Under the pieces are notes generated by a model. That model did no database searches. It was not told where the DNA came from and was given only the letters and a program-made list of their open reading frames with translations. 64,000 nucleotides of DNA from contig WELA01003053.1 of the NCBI GenBank assembly GCA_009602735.1, positions 53,298-117,297 on the forward strand. Direction: 5' to 3'. Source of the stretch: Mesotaenium endlicherianum (lineage: Eukaryota). The position numbers and the translations under genes are program-made. Each line of letters opens with the position of its first letter. Positions within the stretch are counted from its first letter, which is position 1. This document shows, in pieces, positions 62,636 through 64,000 of this stretch.

Positions 62636-64000
62636 CGTGTGGGGCTTGGGCGTGAAGTTGGAGATGGTCAGGCGCACCCCCAGCCTCTGCTTCCCGCGCC
62701 GGCACTCATTTTGCAGCCACTGTGGCCACTCATCCCCACACGCAAATGCACACGCACACACACACGCATACGCACACACACACACACATGCACACAGGCG
62801 CAAGAAGGGAGGCAAGAAAGGGGAGGAAGGGGGGGGGTGTGAGGGGGGAATCAAGGCAGCAGCTGCAGCTGCAGCTCCAGCAGCAGCGGCTGGTCGCTGA
62901 AGATCGAGAGGCCAAAAGAGGGGGCATTGAAGTGGTCGCTGACTATTGAGGGGCTATAAGACGAGTGAACGTGTGCCGTGAGCTAGTTCTGCGTGAGCTG
63001 CTGCATTTAGGGAGGGCGTGACGGGGGAAGGACTGCGAGAGTGGTCAACAGGGCAGTAGTGCAACGTGGGCTGTAGCCAGCTCCAGCCATCACGAGTCAC
63101 GCACACGCAGGGGGGGGCTTGCAAGTTAAAACACACGCGGGGGCAGGGGCGGGCTGCCACGTGGCGCGTACCCGGATGGTGTCGGCGATGCCCAGCACGT
63201 CCTCGTCCAGCTCGCCCGGCAGCCCGATCATGAAGTAGAGCTTGACCTGGCGCCACCCCTTGTCCCACGCCGTCTTCACGCCTCTCAGGAGCTCCTCGTT
63301 CGTCAGCCCCTGCCACCTCGCCCCCCTCGTGCGTCAGCCCCTCCGAGCTGAATGGGGAGCTGAACGGGAACACTTGGGCTCGATGCGCTCAGTGATGTGA
63401 AGGAAGGCAGCAAGCAGAGGCGCAGCGGGGAAGGTAGCCAGGAGGCGCGCGTCTGACCTTGTTAATGATGTCGCGTAGGCGTTGCGTGCCCGCCTCCGGT
63501 GCAAACGTCAGCGACCCCTGCACGCACACACATCCCTAGCAGAGCCCACCTTCAGCCAGCCAGCCAGCCTGGCAGCCGCCCATGCGGCCTATACTGTGCC
63601 GGCCTGCATGCCTGCCTGCGTGCAACACTGCCCTCCATCCGTTGCGCATGCACGCCACCTGCTGCCCTGTCATCGGCGGCTCAGCAGTTGCTCGAGCGGA
63701 GGCCTCAGGAGATCCATGCGGGGACAGGTTCATGATGACCAAGGCTTGCCACATGTCGCCCTCACACGCCAAGCTCTGCATGCTGAAAACACCCGCGGGA
63801 GATGAGAATATCCAGCTGCTGTCGAAGATTATTTCGAGGCACTTTACAAATTACTAAAAGTAGGCGCTGGCTTGTCGCAGCCACAAGGAGCTCAGCGCAA
63901 AGCCTGCCCCATCCCCCCCCCTTTCCGCACTATCCTCCCTCATTCTCTGCGGGGGGCTTGCAAGAGACTCAAATGCGCAGCTTTGGGTGAGTGAGGTCAT
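62636..64000 (+). repeat. Near-identical direct copy of 58490-59853 (three radical SAM exons plus introns)
   Basis: Identical ORFs at offset 4146/4147; the only difference noticed is one G in a homopolymer. Confidence 0.95.

Noticed and set aside
13245..62900. Long ORFs spanning N gaps, and His-Thr / Cys-Val repeat ORFs
   Set aside because: Artefacts of N runs and CA/TG microsatellites
1..64000. tRNA, rRNA or prokaryotic operon features
   Set aside because: None recognisable; all host genes have spliceosomal introns

Overview
Eukaryotic, intron-rich genomic DNA, most likely a streptophyte (charophyte-type) green alga. This is an inference from land-plant-like NOT1, CSN1 and STP proteins, a cyanobacterial-type radical SAM gene, and CA/GT-rich introns. 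Left to right: (1) A retroelement nest at 1-10.5 kb. A degenerate Ty3/Gypsy chromovirus ends in a hairpin + PPT + short LTR-like unit. It is followed by an unrecognisable ~580-codon ORF, a second hairpin + near-identical PPT, and a 721-bp LTR whose end abuts the middle of the RT of a DIRS-type tyrosine-recombinase retrotransposon (RT/RNase H/methyltransferase/YR). (2) An apparently intact multi-exon CCR4-NOT scaffold gene, NOT1 (10953-32647, +). (3) A CSN1 pseudogene fragment (-). (4) A decayed STP/HUP hexose transporter gene whose intron 1 holds an 8.2-kb Ty1/Copia element. The Copia carries two nested CpG-rich DNA elements, an antisense ORF, and a gag ATG inside the LTR. (5) The 3' part of a multi-exon TIGR03960/TIGR03936-type radical SAM fusion gene (-), with two GC-AG introns and a probably artefactual duplication at the window end. 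Five N-gaps are all bounded by G/C homopolymers. All calls are by eye; no database searches were run.
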